Positions 1-10,418 of a DNA stretch of 60,795 nt are shown here, in pieces (position 1 is the stretch's first letter; each line of letters begins with the position of its first letter). The position numbers and the translations under genes are program-made. Location: IMG/VR virus record IMGVR_UViG_3300031111_000236. One strand, given 5' to 3'. The stretch is from an uncultured virus (IMG/VR IMGVR_UViG_3300031111_000236). Lineage: Duplodnaviria; Heunggongvirae; Uroviricota; Caudoviricetes. The notes below the pieces were generated by a model that worked only from the letters and a program-made list of their open reading frames with translations, did no database searches and was not told the origin of the DNA.

Positions 1-24
1 AGGGTTCGACTCCCTGCTCTCGCA
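1..24 (+). tRNA. 3' part of a tRNA (T-arm and acceptor strand), truncated by window start; isotype not visible, possibly Leu
   Basis: AGGG-TTCGACT-CCCTG T-arm followed by CTCTCGC acceptor strand and discriminator A24. Confidence 0.8.
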
Positions 25-34
25 CTACAGGAGC

Positions 35-223
35 GTGGTACAATCGGTCTACTGCCCAAGATGCCAGAACAAGATGCGCCGAGTGTTCGACTCGACACAG
101 ATATGCGACCACTGCCGAACGAGGTGGTCCATAGACGAGCTGAAGATGCCTACCTTGAAGTCCTTTCGTGACAGAATAGACTTCAGGGACATAGAGGAGG
201 AGTGGGTGTGGAATCCAACATAA
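35..223 (+). CDS. small Zn-ribbon protein
   Basis: CPRC...CDHC; AGGAG before the GTG start; lies between two tRNAs. Confidence 0.65.
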   Translation: MVQSVYCPRCQNKMRRVFDSTQICDHCRTRWSIDELKMPTLKSFRDRIDFRDIEEEWVWNPT

Positions 224-295
224 GCGGTGTTGGTGTTAGTGGTAGCATACCTGGTCGCCATCCAGGAGGGGTGGGTTCGAATCCTGCACACCGCA
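224..295 (+). tRNA. tRNA-Gly(GCC)
   Basis: Acceptor GCGGTGT/ACACCGC, anticodon arm CCTGG-TCGCCAT-CCAGG, T-arm GTGGG-TTCGAAT-CCTGC; no encoded CCA. Confidence 0.92.
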
Positions 296-381
296 CTGGC
301 CCCTGGCCTATACAATAAGGAGGTGGTACGTCGAGTACGAAAAGAAGTGACACCAGGGGGACGGGGTTCGTCCTCGTCCCC

Positions 382-400
382 ACCCATTTCTTTTTATATC
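382..400 (+). promoter_or_regulatory. archaeal promoter of the leaderless class (ACCC-n-TTTTTATA)
   Basis: ACCCATTTCTTTTTATATC ~25 nt before ATG 421; near-identical copies at ~19856, 24926, 25497, 28810, 45164, 58840. Confidence 0.7.
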
Positions 401-420
401 TCGTGCGTGTAGGATTGCTC

Positions 421-969
421 ATGGAAGTCACTATCGAGATAACACAGTGGTGTGATAGAGGATGTCCCTACTGTTCGAGTAATGCTACAGAGGGCGGGAA
501 GCATCTGTCTTATCACGATATTCACACTTTTCTTCAGGACGTGTACAAGAAGCACGGCATCTCCAGGATAAACATATCAGGAGGCGAACCTCTCGCTCAC
601 CCAGACTTCTACATTATCAAGAGGCTCTGTGACAAACTTTGCGATGAGGTTTGGGTCTACACTAACGCTATCCAGAACATCATATTCAATGCTGACTGCA
701 TGAAGGAAGTCCGAGTACACGCCAATGTGTGTATGACGGCTGGTGACAAGTACATACCGAAGAACGTCGAACAGGTCCACCTCTTGAAGGCCGTTCATAA
801 GGGCCGAGCAAAGGACATGGAACTGCCCAACATCAAGGCTTCTGGGAATTTTTTCGAAGGTAAGCACGGTGGTTGCTCAAAGTGCGAACACGCCCTTTTA
901 CAGGCTGATGGTAAGATAGTAGAGGCCCCGTGTAAGAAGGATTACCAATGCTCTATCAAACAGCAGTAG
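421..969 (+). CDS. radical SAM protein (short)
   Basis: CDRGCPYC (CxxxCxxC), ISGGEP, YTN; start taken at ATG 421 behind the TATA box. Confidence 0.88.
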   Translation: MEVTIEITQWCDRGCPYCSSNATEGGKHLSYHDIHTFLQDVYKKHGISRINISGGEPLAHPDFYIIKRLCDKLCDEVWVYTNAIQNIIFNADCMKEVRVHANVCMTAGDKYIPKNVEQVHLLKAVHKGRAKDMELPNIKASGNFFEGKHGGCSKCEHALLQADGKIVEAPCKKDYQCSIKQQ

Positions 970-1433
970 GAGAGGTAAACGTCACCTATCACCCCATCAG
1001 CTTCGATGACCTTTATTTTGAGGACCTTGAGACTATCAAGAGCTGGTGCAGACTGCCATACAGGAACTACAAGGGGTGCAGGAACGCTAAGGACTGCTCG
1101 TACTTCAGAAACGACCTACAAGAGGTTCTCCGAGAGCACAAGCGACTCTATCTTGTCTGGTGCGATTGGAACCTCGAAGAGTACGCTATTCGCATGAAGA
1201 AAAAGCATCCCGAGTGGTCTGATAGGAACTGTCGCAACCTCTTGAGGTGGCAGTCATCACTCAAGAGTACGCTCCGCAAGTTTATCGAGAGCCGAATGAT
1301 GGGGTGTACGCCATATTGGAACGCCGAGGGTGGAGGAGTCAACTTCTACAGGACGATGCCTAAGTTCGGAGTACCTCTTGAGCTACCACGTGACCTGAAG
1401 AAGGTACGACTCATAGTCGTCGTAGGATGCTGA
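948..1433 (+). CDS. putative metal-binding protein (DUF2284-like)
   Basis: WCRLPY..GC..C cluster and C-terminal EGGGVN..TM; resemblance from memory only. Confidence 0.5.
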   Translation: MLYQTAVGEVNVTYHPISFDDLYFEDLETIKSWCRLPYRNYKGCRNAKDCSYFRNDLQEVLREHKRLYLVWCDWNLEEYAIRMKKKHPEWSDRNCRNLLRWQSSLKSTLRKFIESRMMGCTPYWNAEGGGVNFYRTMPKFGVPLELPRDLKKVRLIVVVGC

Positions 1434-1508
1434 ATTGTTACTTATTGTCTTACTACGACGAACAGTTCGTCCGAAACTTTAAATAGTTCGCCGTGCGTTT
1501 GAGATTCG

Positions 1509-2765
1509 GTGAGCAAATTGACAGGCGACAACCAAAGAAAAAGCAACAAGAAGCAAGAGTTTTTCCTTCGTGGGTACTGCGTGCTGAAAGGTATCGGGAA
1601 GAACACCGACAAGTTCCAAGTGTGCCGAGTAGGTGACTGCCAGAAATCTGCGAAATCTGCAAAAGGCACTCTTCTCATAAACATCTACCATCAGAAAAGG
1701 GAAGAAATGCCTGACTCCATAGAGGATGCCAAAAAGGAGATTCTCAAAATGGCCGCAGATGACAAGTACTGCCAGAGAGTTATATCTGGTAGTCCCATAA
1801 CAAACGGCCACAGAGGAAGAGTAGTACCGATAGTTTTCGGTACGACAGAACTTCTTTACGTTACTCACAAGGAAGCCTGTGATGAGGCTGGTGTGGAGTT
1901 CGACAGAGACGCAAGCAAGAACGCTGATTGGGACGATATGGCGCACTATTTCCTCTACAGCACCACAAGGATGGTCGTGGGTTCCAGGATAAAGAAGAGC
2001 GTCATGAAGGCACGCTATCTGACCTTTGTAGAGAGGCATGGCGACATACCTTTCAAGATGGTTGGGACTCTGACCAAGAAGGTCAAGTGCTTCGTGTACC
2101 GCACGGAGAACCCTCAGAAGACTCCTAACGGCTACTATGACAACGTGGCTATGATTGAGGATATCTTCAAGGAGAGAACACCGAGGAACTTCACGGATGT
2201 TGACTACGGCACTGTGAACGAACTAATGCAGGGATACGAGCTACCTGAAGCTGAGGAAAAATCTGAGACTGAGAAAAAAACTGCGGATGCCCCCGAACCA
2301 AGCGAGCCCCTCTTGGAGGACTTTAATGTCGGGGATACGGAAGTAGAAGATGTTTCTCCCGTCTCAGATGAGGAGCCCGAGTCGATAAGTATAGGGTTCA
2401 AGTGTATCTGTGGAGATACGAAAGACTTGAGCCTCGCTACAGATGACGAGATGGAGAGCAATCATCTCATATGCGCCTCGTGCAACAGACTCTACGAGTA
2501 CAATCCTCATACCAGGCAGGTCATACCACAAGGGTTCGCCAAGTGTACCGAGTGTGATGAGGTCAGCACAGAGCTGTTCAACACCCCTCTCGGTAAGAAG
2601 GTCTGTCCTGCGTGTGCCCCAAAACACATTAAGAGGTACAAGCAGATGGAAGAGAAGGCCAGAGAGGAGTGGCAGAGCGTAGAAAGACATCTCTCTAAGC
2701 GGGTTGTTGTGGGCGGTAGTGAGAAGCCAGACGACAAGTGTGAGCCCTCGGGTTCTTCTATATAA
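1509..2765 (+). CDS. hypothetical protein with acidic linker and C-terminal Zn fingers (true start probably TTG 1518)
   Basis: 418-aa ORF; CIC, CASC, CTEC, CPAC; GGTGA at 1508. Confidence 0.75.
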   Translation: MSKLTGDNQRKSNKKQEFFLRGYCVLKGIGKNTDKFQVCRVGDCQKSAKSAKGTLLINIYHQKREEMPDSIEDAKKEILKMAADDKYCQRVISGSPITNGHRGRVVPIVFGTTELLYVTHKEACDEAGVEFDRDASKNADWDDMAHYFLYSTTRMVVGSRIKKSVMKARYLTFVERHGDIPFKMVGTLTKKVKCFVYRTENPQKTPNGYYDNVAMIEDIFKERTPRNFTDVDYGTVNELMQGYELPEAEEKSETEKKTADAPEPSEPLLEDFNVGDTEVEDVSPVSDEEPESISIGFKCICGDTKDLSLATDDEMESNHLICASCNRLYEYNPHTRQVIPQGFAKCTECDEVSTELFNTPLGKKVCPACAPKHIKRYKQMEEKAREEWQSVERHLSKRVVVGGSEKPDDKCEPSGSSI

Positions 2766-2825
2766 GGCTTCATAAAAACATTTTAATAAGTATGGGCCTC
2801 TGTCTTATACCAAGAGGTACGAGTA

Positions 2826-4064
2826 ATGAGGCCCTATTATTTGGCTTTCGGTATCGTCATTCTGATGCTTATAGTCATCCCTGCCCAGACAGCCGCATGG
2901 TCCAACGGTGGATACACACCTAATCCTTACGCTGAAGAGTCTGATATCAAGATAGGGACTCACGATTTCGTGGCTATGCAGTCGTACAAACTGGCTGGCA
3001 ACACTGAGCTTGACTGGATAGCGGAGAACGATGACTACACTTTCGCATACTACCTCGGGACCGAGTTTCCCGATAACTCACACACACCAGGTTTTGTGGG
3101 CGGGGGCGATACGAGCAAACATCATATCTACTTCTCACGTAACACGCTCAACGTATCTGACTGTAGTGACGACTCTTCCGCTGTAAGAGCCCAAGAAATG
3201 TATGACCTTGCTCTACAGAACTATGCTAAGGGTAACCTCTATATGACAGCCTTCTGTCTCGGAGCTATGACACACTACATCGCTGACGTAGCTGTGTTTG
3301 GTCACGTCATGGGGAAAGCATCACCTCTTGGAGCGGAGAACCAGTATCATCACTCTGCCTTTGAGACACAGGCTGAGGAGATGCTCACGGACTACCGTGA
3401 TGATGACTTTATGTTGACGCAACCCTTCTCGACGTGGACTATCGCCAAGGAAAAGCTCCAAGACGGAACACAGAAGGTAGATGGTGACTTCGGTGTCTAC
3501 TACGGCAATGTCATACCTTACATCGACCCCCTTTTAAGGGACCAACCAGCTACTCTTCGTCACGATGGCAAATTGGCCCCTTACTATATAGCGATACAGA
3601 CAGCCAGAGTAGGTATATTTTTTACTGACCAAGTAGACAATATATCAAGTACGGAGTGGGCCGAGAACTTTTTCACGAATCCAGGTGTTATAGAGGCTGG
3701 TACATGGCCAATAATACAGGCCCCTTGGGTTGAGTACTATTGGGACGACCTGAAGGACTATTATGTTGATAACAATCTTCCCGACGATTGGAGTATGTAT
3801 GATACAGCCGTGGCCTACGAGCTTATAATGGCGATTGCAGGTGTCACATACGCCCTTGAGCAGTTCCCTAATGACCCCGACTACGTAGATATTAATGGTA
3901 ATCTACGTGGTAAAGAAGATAGCTCAAGCGACGGCGAATTGGACACAGAGTCAGTGGAAAACTTCTTCGACCAGAGTTGTAATGCCTGTCTCCCCACAGC
4001 CATGATATGTCTTCTTTTGCCAGGCGTGGTGTATTCTCATAAAGCAAGGCGTAGAAAGAAGTAA
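2826..4064 (+). CDS. secreted, membrane-anchored Zn-dependent phospholipase C / S1-P1 nuclease fold protein
   Basis: Signal peptide then W-SNGG..GTHD, HYIAD...GH, H..FE Zn ligands; C-terminal Cys-rich TM helix plus basic tail. Confidence 0.78.
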   Translation: MRPYYLAFGIVILMLIVIPAQTAAWSNGGYTPNPYAEESDIKIGTHDFVAMQSYKLAGNTELDWIAENDDYTFAYYLGTEFPDNSHTPGFVGGGDTSKHHIYFSRNTLNVSDCSDDSSAVRAQEMYDLALQNYAKGNLYMTAFCLGAMTHYIADVAVFGHVMGKASPLGAENQYHHSAFETQAEEMLTDYRDDDFMLTQPFSTWTIAKEKLQDGTQKVDGDFGVYYGNVIPYIDPLLRDQPATLRHDGKLAPYYIAIQTARVGIFFTDQVDNISSTEWAENFFTNPGVIEAGTWPIIQAPWVEYYWDDLKDYYVDNNLPDDWSMYDTAVAYELIMAIAGVTYALEQFPNDPDYVDINGNLRGKEDSSSDGELDTESVENFFDQSCNACLPTAMICLLLPGVVYSHKARRRKK

Positions 4065-4154
4065 GCCTCCTAACAGCGTATATAAGCGTTCGCCTAAAGG
4101 TTTAAATATTGTCTTGATTTGTTATAGTACCAGATGAATCGAGGTGATTGCGAT

Positions 4155-7100
4155 ATGAACAATCGAATCCTGACGTTTGGAATAGTACTGGCATTGGTAT
4201 TCTCCGCTCTGGCCATCATAGGTGGTAACTCTGGTGCGGACCTGCTTCCTTTGCCAGAGGGCGAGTATTACGCTTTCCCAGATGAGATGATAGAGGGTAA
4301 CAGTACCCCCTTCGCTCTGGAAGAAGTGAATACTTACCCAGGTTTGCTCTATGGGCCTACGGCTTGGACCAATAACACGGCTCCTAATGTGGGTGAGGTG
4401 GAACTTTTACACATCAACGATACTGATGTCACCGACTCATGGGTTTCCTGGGTGAATACGAGCAACGAAGAGGGAGAGTTCCTTAACGTATACAACAACT
4501 CTGTTGGCGAGTACGCTGGCGGTGCTTGGGCTACCTATGTCAACACACCAGTTGACTGTGAGTTCAAGTACTCTATAGTGGGACTCGATAACAATACAGC
4601 GTTCTTGTATAACGAGACTGACCTGGTGGCTGTCTATGGTAGTGATACCAACGATGATTACGAGGTTCTGGGAGCAAGTGGTAACTATGTGGATGAGGAC
4701 CTTATTGTGGTATCTCTTCTGACTCACGAATTGGTCGGAACGACTGACTACTACAATATCTCCATCGCCGTTGTGAATACTCTCGACGAGACCACTGAAG
4801 ATATTGTCCCTGTCAGGAACTTTAGTTTTGATAGTGACATGGGCAGTTACTTCAGAGCCTCCTCGTGGAACTTCGCTTACAATACACTCTTCTACCAGAT
4901 AACTACACAGGAGTACTATGTTGTCTTCACCTGTGACCCGAGTACTCTCGGGTCCGACCCAGATACCTACGGTGCTGACTACACAGAGCTGTACAACGGT
5001 ACATGGGTCCCGTATGGCGAGTACAACTTCATCAAGCCTCTGTCGGATAGTGAGTATGTTGCCATAATCCAAACCAACGAGAACATCACTATGATAGTGG
5101 ACGACGAACCTGTCGAAGTAGAGCTTTATAACGACTTTGCGGGTAGCTATATAGAGCGTTCGAGATTGATAGGAGCTGATAACAACTCTCTGTTGATTTC
5201 TACACAGGTCAGCATGATGAACGTGATTGTGGAGTACGATTGGGACCTTGTGAACCATACAATGTTCGTTTACAGTCTCGACGGGCCTCCTTACGAAAAT
5301 GTAGGACACACTTCTACAGTTCTGGGAGATGACCTGGTAATCAACTATCGTGGTAAAGATAATCCACCGAGAGTGTTTCCCAAGACTCTTCTCAACGATA
5401 CTATCGATATATTCGATGTATTCTACTACCCTGAGACAATCACCTTGAACTATACCAACACGTCATGGGTAGTGGACCTCATACCGATGGGAGAGTCCAT
5501 GAACTTCCAGTGGCCAGATGTCTCTGGTGTTTATACTGTACTGGCATTTGGTAATGGGACGAACTATATGTTCTTCGCCGTAGTCAACGCCACTTCTGTA
5601 GACACCAACAGGGTTACTGCCGTCACTCTCGTAGACCAGGAATCTCTTGAGGGAGATATAAGCTCAGTCGAGAACGTTCTTGGTTACAGCAACAGCACCG
5701 TTGGTGAGCTGAACGGTAGTCTCTCATATGTGACCTCTTCTGCAATATGGAACACTACCGTTATGAACCTTCTACATAATGTGACTGTTCGCAGTGAGAA
5801 CGGTACACCGCTCACGAACATTACCACTATGTATACTGTCTACCCGAAGCCTATCTATGTTACATACGATAACGGCTCGGTCTACGTTATGGAAGTGTAC
5901 AATTACAAGAACGTTGCTCCTTTGTGGTTCAACAGTTCTCTGGTTATGCACGTCTGGAACGGTTCCTCTTGGGTCATGAACCAGACAATATTCAACGAGT
6001 CAGCTCATACATCTTATGAGTGGCGAGTCGTCAACGTGTACGCCGAGGACGGTATTATATACATGGTGAACCAGTCAAGGGAGTTACCTTCTCATGGTTG
6101 GAACGTCACTCTGATGGCCTACAATGGTACTGCATCCTATCAGTTGGAGAATTACACTCTCGACATAGGGTACGAAATTGTGTCGATGAGGGGCAATCAT
6201 ACCATCGTCCGCCTCAGTGAGAGTTTAGGGGCTGGAATCATCGTAGACGGTACAACCATCGAGAATGGGTGGTTCGTGACCGAGAATATCGCTGGTATCA
6301 ACGATGAGGGTGACTACTTCCTGTGGTACTTCGTAGAGGAGGTCAACGGCACTCTGAATTACAAGGCTGGTGACTACGAGATAGTGACTGGTCTCCCGTC
6401 ATTTAGAGAGTTCGAGAACGCTCCTCCAGAGGTTCTTGATGAGAACTTCGTCGTGGGCGATAGCTCTATGATAGGAATGGCCATGCTGTCTGCTCCGTCT
6501 ATAATGTGGCTCGACGAGCATCCTACTACCATCCCCGAGATGAATGGTAGCAAGCTCGGTGGTGTCTACGTGGCTGGACCGAACACTATCTATGTCCTGA
6601 CCTACGATACAAGAACGAGTCCTGCTGGAAGCAAGGGTATTGTATCTTACCTCTACGAGGTAGACCTGAGCGAACTGAGGGCTGGTCAAGAGCACTTCAT
6701 CATGAACCTTGAAGAGGGTTGGAACCTTGTCAGTGTTCCAATGGATGGTCTGACGAGCGAGTACTTCTTCGAGCAGGGTGAGGGCAATGTTACGGCGTTC
6801 GCTATGAGATACTCGAACGGGACCTACGTCATGGAGATATATGACAGGACTAACAGGACTGTCTACAACCTGTCTCCCGACATGGGCTTCTATCTCTTTG
6901 TGGACATAGACCTGAGCATCGAGATAAGCGACTACGTGGTCACCAACGTCTCCTATAACCTCTCATCGGGGTGGAACCTCATAGGTCTACCCTACGGTTA
7001 CGAGGAGACTGTAAACGACCTCGTGGACGACCTCAATCTCACTGCTCTTGACGCTGTGGTCGCCAGGGCGGAGACTGGAGAGTACGTCTGGTTCATCGAT

Positions 7101-7202
7101 GACTTCACAAGGGGTACACCCTATAACATCGAAACGGGCTATGGCTACTTCGTCTATGTCTCCGAGGATAATGTCGAGTTCACGCTCGACACCTCTCTGT
7201 GA
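4155..7202 (+). CDS. large secreted surface (S-layer/adhesin-like) glycoprotein, paralog 1
   Basis: Signal peptide, acidic and beta-rich, many N-x-S/T sequons, two C-terminal LxxGWNL(V/I) repeats; SD GAGGTGA at 4141. Confidence 0.8.
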   Translation: MNNRILTFGIVLALVFSALAIIGGNSGADLLPLPEGEYYAFPDEMIEGNSTPFALEEVNTYPGLLYGPTAWTNNTAPNVGEVELLHINDTDVTDSWVSWVNTSNEEGEFLNVYNNSVGEYAGGAWATYVNTPVDCEFKYSIVGLDNNTAFLYNETDLVAVYGSDTNDDYEVLGASGNYVDEDLIVVSLLTHELVGTTDYYNISIAVVNTLDETTEDIVPVRNFSFDSDMGSYFRASSWNFAYNTLFYQITTQEYYVVFTCDPSTLGSDPDTYGADYTELYNGTWVPYGEYNFIKPLSDSEYVAIIQTNENITMIVDDEPVEVELYNDFAGSYIERSRLIGADNNSLLISTQVSMMNVIVEYDWDLVNHTMFVYSLDGPPYENVGHTSTVLGDDLVINYRGKDNPPRVFPKTLLNDTIDIFDVFYYPETITLNYTNTSWVVDLIPMGESMNFQWPDVSGVYTVLAFGNGTNYMFFAVVNATSVDTNRVTAVTLVDQESLEGDISSVENVLGYSNSTVGELNGSLSYVTSSAIWNTTVMNLLHNVTVRSENGTPLTNITTMYTVYPKPIYVTYDNGSVYVMEVYNYKNVAPLWFNSSLVMHVWNGSSWVMNQTIFNESAHTSYEWRVVNVYAEDGIIYMVNQSRELPSHGWNVTLMAYNGTASYQLENYTLDIGYEIVSMRGNHTIVRLSESLGAGIIVDGTTIENGWFVTENIAGINDEGDYFLWYFVEEVNGTLNYKAGDYEIVTGLPSFREFENAPPEVLDENFVVGDSSMIGMAMLSAPSIMWLDEHPTTIPEMNGSKLGGVYVAGPNTIYVLTYDTRTSPAGSKGIVSYLYEVDLSELRAGQEHFIMNLEEGWNLVSVPMDGLTSEYFFEQGEGNVTAFAMRYSNGTYVMEIYDRTNRTVYNLSPDMGFYLFVDIDLSIEISDYVVTNVSYNLSSGWNLIGLPYGYEETVNDLVDDLNLTALDAVVARAETGEYVWFIDDFTRGTPYNIETGYGYFVYVSEDNVEFTLDTSL

Positions 7203-7217
7203 GAGGGTCGCCAATCA

Positions 7218-7250
7218 GAGGGGAGCTTAGTCTCCCCTCCTCTTTACCTT
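7218..7250 (+). terminator. hairpin terminator
   Basis: GAGGGGAG-cttagt-CTCCCCTC followed by a pyrimidine run after the stop. Confidence 0.5.
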
Positions 7251-7295
7251 TAGATGTCGCATACCGTGTCAGTCACGAACAATGAGGTGCATAAA

Positions 7296-10200
7296 ATGGA
7301 TAATAGGGTGTCTACACTCTTCGTAGTGGTACTGTTTCTTCTCTCTGGTCTTGTACTTATGAGCAACCAGACAGATGCTGACCTGATAGAGATGACCGAA
7401 AACGGCTATATTGATGAAGACGTGAGAGATAAAGGTGTCCCGTTCCCTCTTGGTATGGAGGTAAGTACCTTTTCTGGGTGTTTCCAGGCTCCCACGGCGT
7501 GGGTGAATAATACAGAACCTAACATAGGCGAGGTAGAGCTTCTTTATCAATATGATGATGACGGTTTCTTCTATGTATCCTGGACAAACACGAGCAATGA
7601 GGAAGACGAGGAGACCAACCTCTATACAACGGAAGACCCTCTCTATAATTACTACGTCAGGTATGCCAGCACTGCGGTGAACTGCGAGTACAAATACTCT
7701 CTCGTGGGACTTGGTAACAATACCATGTTCTTGTACAATGATACAAGGTTAGTGGCTGTTTACGGGAGTGATACTCATGACGACTATGACACCTGTCACT
7801 CCACAGCCATCTATATCGGTGACAACACGCTTGCGGTCATCCTATCTAACAAGCGGCAGAATCACGGTTTCATGGTGTATAGTATAGAGATATCGCTCTT
7901 CAATATGCTGACTGAGACTCCAGGTACTATCAACAACATAATTACCGATACGTGGGAGTGGAATACCGACGACTACCACAGGTGTATTTCTTGTGAATAT
8001 CAGTATGACCTATTATTTTTCTACGTTCTCGATTACGAGCGTCACTATGTATTCACTTTGGACCCCACAGTGTTGAGTACAAGAGCACCATCGCATACCG
8101 TTCTATGGGAAGGGGATTATGTACCACGAGATGCCATGTGCAGTGCTCTCAGACCTCTTGGGGAGGATGAGTTCGAGTGCCTTACGTTCATCACTGGAGA
8201 AGACGGTACACGAAATCTCTCACGCATAAAAGACAATGACATAGAAGAGGTCAATGTCTTCGACCCGATAGTAAAGGACTACTTCAGATGGGGTTACATT
8301 GGCGACTCAGATGACGATTCTATACTATTCCAGTTCGGTAGTAGTAACGGTAGGTTCTTCGTAGAGTGCGATTGGGACTTCAAGGCTCACAGTGTGTATT
8401 ATATTGATAGCGAAGATGACACTGTGTACTCACGTTCATCTTCTAATCCTACCCTTCTGGACGACTATATCATAACCAACCCAAGGGACGGTATCACACC
8501 AAGTGTTTACAACAGAGTAGAGCTTGGTGACGAGATAGAGTTAGGTGAGATATTCTACTATCCCGAGAGGGTCAGCGTCGGTGATGAGAATACAGATTGG
8601 TATAGTGATATGGTTTCTGTCGGTCAGTCTGAAAATTACACTTACCCAGACGAGTCTGGTGTTTACTTCGGACTCGGATATACTGATGAGTGCAATTATG
8701 TCTTCTTTAGTATCGTTAATGCTACTGCTCTCAATACCAACAGGGTGAGTGAGGTCACTCTCGTACAAGAGCAAGTCATAGAGGGTATGATACAACCTAT
8801 TGACGATGTTCTCGGTTATAGTAATAGCACTGTAGGAGAGTTGGGCGGCGAAATGGTGTATATCACTTCGAGTGCCGCTGAAATTACGAGAGCGATGAGA
8901 CCCAAGCACGAGGTGACCATTAGGGAGGCTGATGGTACACCGATTACCAGTACCACTCTTCTCTACACTGATTGGCTGAGACCGTTCTACGTGGCTTTTG
9001 TGAATGAAACGGTGTACATAATGGAGGCCCATTATGTTGATGAGACCAGAGCACCCACTACGAGAACTTATACTCTTACCGCTCACATTTGGGACGGGAC
9101 TGAGTGGGAAATGGACATAACCATATCCGAATATACTTATAGTGGTATGTTCTCTGGGACGATACACAACGTGTATGGCAAGGACGGTCTTCTGTATATC
9201 GTGAACTCCACGGACTACAGAGATGATGAGCCTGTCGATGTCTGGACTATGACATACAACCATGATAACGGCTCGCTCTTGAAAGTAGGTAATTTCACGC
9301 TCCCAAGAGATTACCGAGTGGTATCTACAAGAGGTAATCACTCTGTGATGGCACTCCAACCAGATATGGGAAGCGGTAGTATTTACATTGACGAGATGGA
9401 GATAGAAGACGGCTGGATTGTCTCAGAAGGTGTAGTCGGTATCAATGATAATGGTAGTTATTTCATCTGGTATGTCAAGGACGTAGGAAGCGGGTACTTG
9501 TACTACAAAGCTGGTGACTACGAGAACAAGACTGGATTTTCTCTTATGAAGACTCCCGCAGGTTTGAAGTACTCTCCACCAGAAATTCTCGAAGAGCCTC
9601 AGATGTATGGTGAGGGTGAGCTTATGGGTGTGGCTATGATATCGTCACCTTCTCTAATATGGCTTGACGAGCACCCTACTTCTATACCTGAGATGAAAGG
9701 TAGTGCCATTGGCGGTATTCACGTATCTGATAGTGATATCGCTTACGTTCTAACCTATGATACTGTCGTAAGAAGGGGTACTCGTGCTCACGTATCGGAG
9801 TATACGGAGGTTGTCTCTTATCTCTACATGATAGACCTCGGTGGCTGGAGGGTTGATGATGAGGGCTACACTCTGAATCTCAGGGAGGGCTGGAATCTTG
9901 TCAGTGTCCCGATAGAGGGGCTTACTTCAGACGATATTTTCGAGCAGTGCGAAGGTGATGTTACGGCCTTCTCAATGCGTCATGCTAACGGGAACTATGT
10001 GATGGAAATCTACTATAATACTAACAGGACCATCTACAACATAGCACCCTCTGACGGGTTCTATCTGTTCGCTGATAGGGACTTCAGTGTGAAAATCCTT
10101 GGTGAGGTAGTGAGCAATGTCTCTTACAATCTTTCCTATGGATGGAATCTCATCGGTGCACCATATGACTACGATGTGAATGTCGAGGACTTCAAAGAAG

Positions 10201-10373
10201 ACTTCGACTTGGAGCATCTCTATGCTACCGTTTCGAGGATTGAGACTGGTGAATATGTATGGTATGTAGAAGACTTCACCTCTGGTAGTCCTTATGATGT
10301 AGAGACTGGCAATGGGTATTTGGTATATCTCTATGAAGATACGGGCGAGTTCTACATTAACACCACCGCATAG
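7296..10373 (+). CDS. large secreted surface glycoprotein, paralog 2
   Basis: Colinear with 4155-7202 (PTAWxNNTxPNxGEVELL, WLDEHPT, GWNLVSVP); SD GAGGTG upstream. Confidence 0.8.
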   Translation: MDNRVSTLFVVVLFLLSGLVLMSNQTDADLIEMTENGYIDEDVRDKGVPFPLGMEVSTFSGCFQAPTAWVNNTEPNIGEVELLYQYDDDGFFYVSWTNTSNEEDEETNLYTTEDPLYNYYVRYASTAVNCEYKYSLVGLGNNTMFLYNDTRLVAVYGSDTHDDYDTCHSTAIYIGDNTLAVILSNKRQNHGFMVYSIEISLFNMLTETPGTINNIITDTWEWNTDDYHRCISCEYQYDLLFFYVLDYERHYVFTLDPTVLSTRAPSHTVLWEGDYVPRDAMCSALRPLGEDEFECLTFITGEDGTRNLSRIKDNDIEEVNVFDPIVKDYFRWGYIGDSDDDSILFQFGSSNGRFFVECDWDFKAHSVYYIDSEDDTVYSRSSSNPTLLDDYIITNPRDGITPSVYNRVELGDEIELGEIFYYPERVSVGDENTDWYSDMVSVGQSENYTYPDESGVYFGLGYTDECNYVFFSIVNATALNTNRVSEVTLVQEQVIEGMIQPIDDVLGYSNSTVGELGGEMVYITSSAAEITRAMRPKHEVTIREADGTPITSTTLLYTDWLRPFYVAFVNETVYIMEAHYVDETRAPTTRTYTLTAHIWDGTEWEMDITISEYTYSGMFSGTIHNVYGKDGLLYIVNSTDYRDDEPVDVWTMTYNHDNGSLLKVGNFTLPRDYRVVSTRGNHSVMALQPDMGSGSIYIDEMEIEDGWIVSEGVVGINDNGSYFIWYVKDVGSGYLYYKAGDYENKTGFSLMKTPAGLKYSPPEILEEPQMYGEGELMGVAMISSPSLIWLDEHPTSIPEMKGSAIGGIHVSDSDIAYVLTYDTVVRRGTRAHVSEYTEVVSYLYMIDLGGWRVDDEGYTLNLREGWNLVSVPIEGLTSDDIFEQCEGDVTAFSMRHANGNYVMEIYYNTNRTIYNIAPSDGFYLFADRDFSVKILGEVVSNVSYNLSYGWNLIGAPYDYDVNVEDFKEDFDLEHLYATVSRIETGEYVWYVEDFTSGSPYDVETGNGYLVYLYEDTGEFYINTTA

Positions 10374-10387
10374 GGTAAGGGCGAATT

Positions 10388-10418
10388 AGGGGGCACGAGC
10401 CCCCTTCCCCTTATTTTG
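10388..10418 (+). terminator. hairpin terminator
   Basis: AGGGGGC-acga-GCCCCCT then T-rich tail. Confidence 0.6.

Noticed and set aside
227..412. 61-aa ORF over tRNA-Gly
   Set aside because: It overlaps a complete tRNA cloverleaf and the next promoter.
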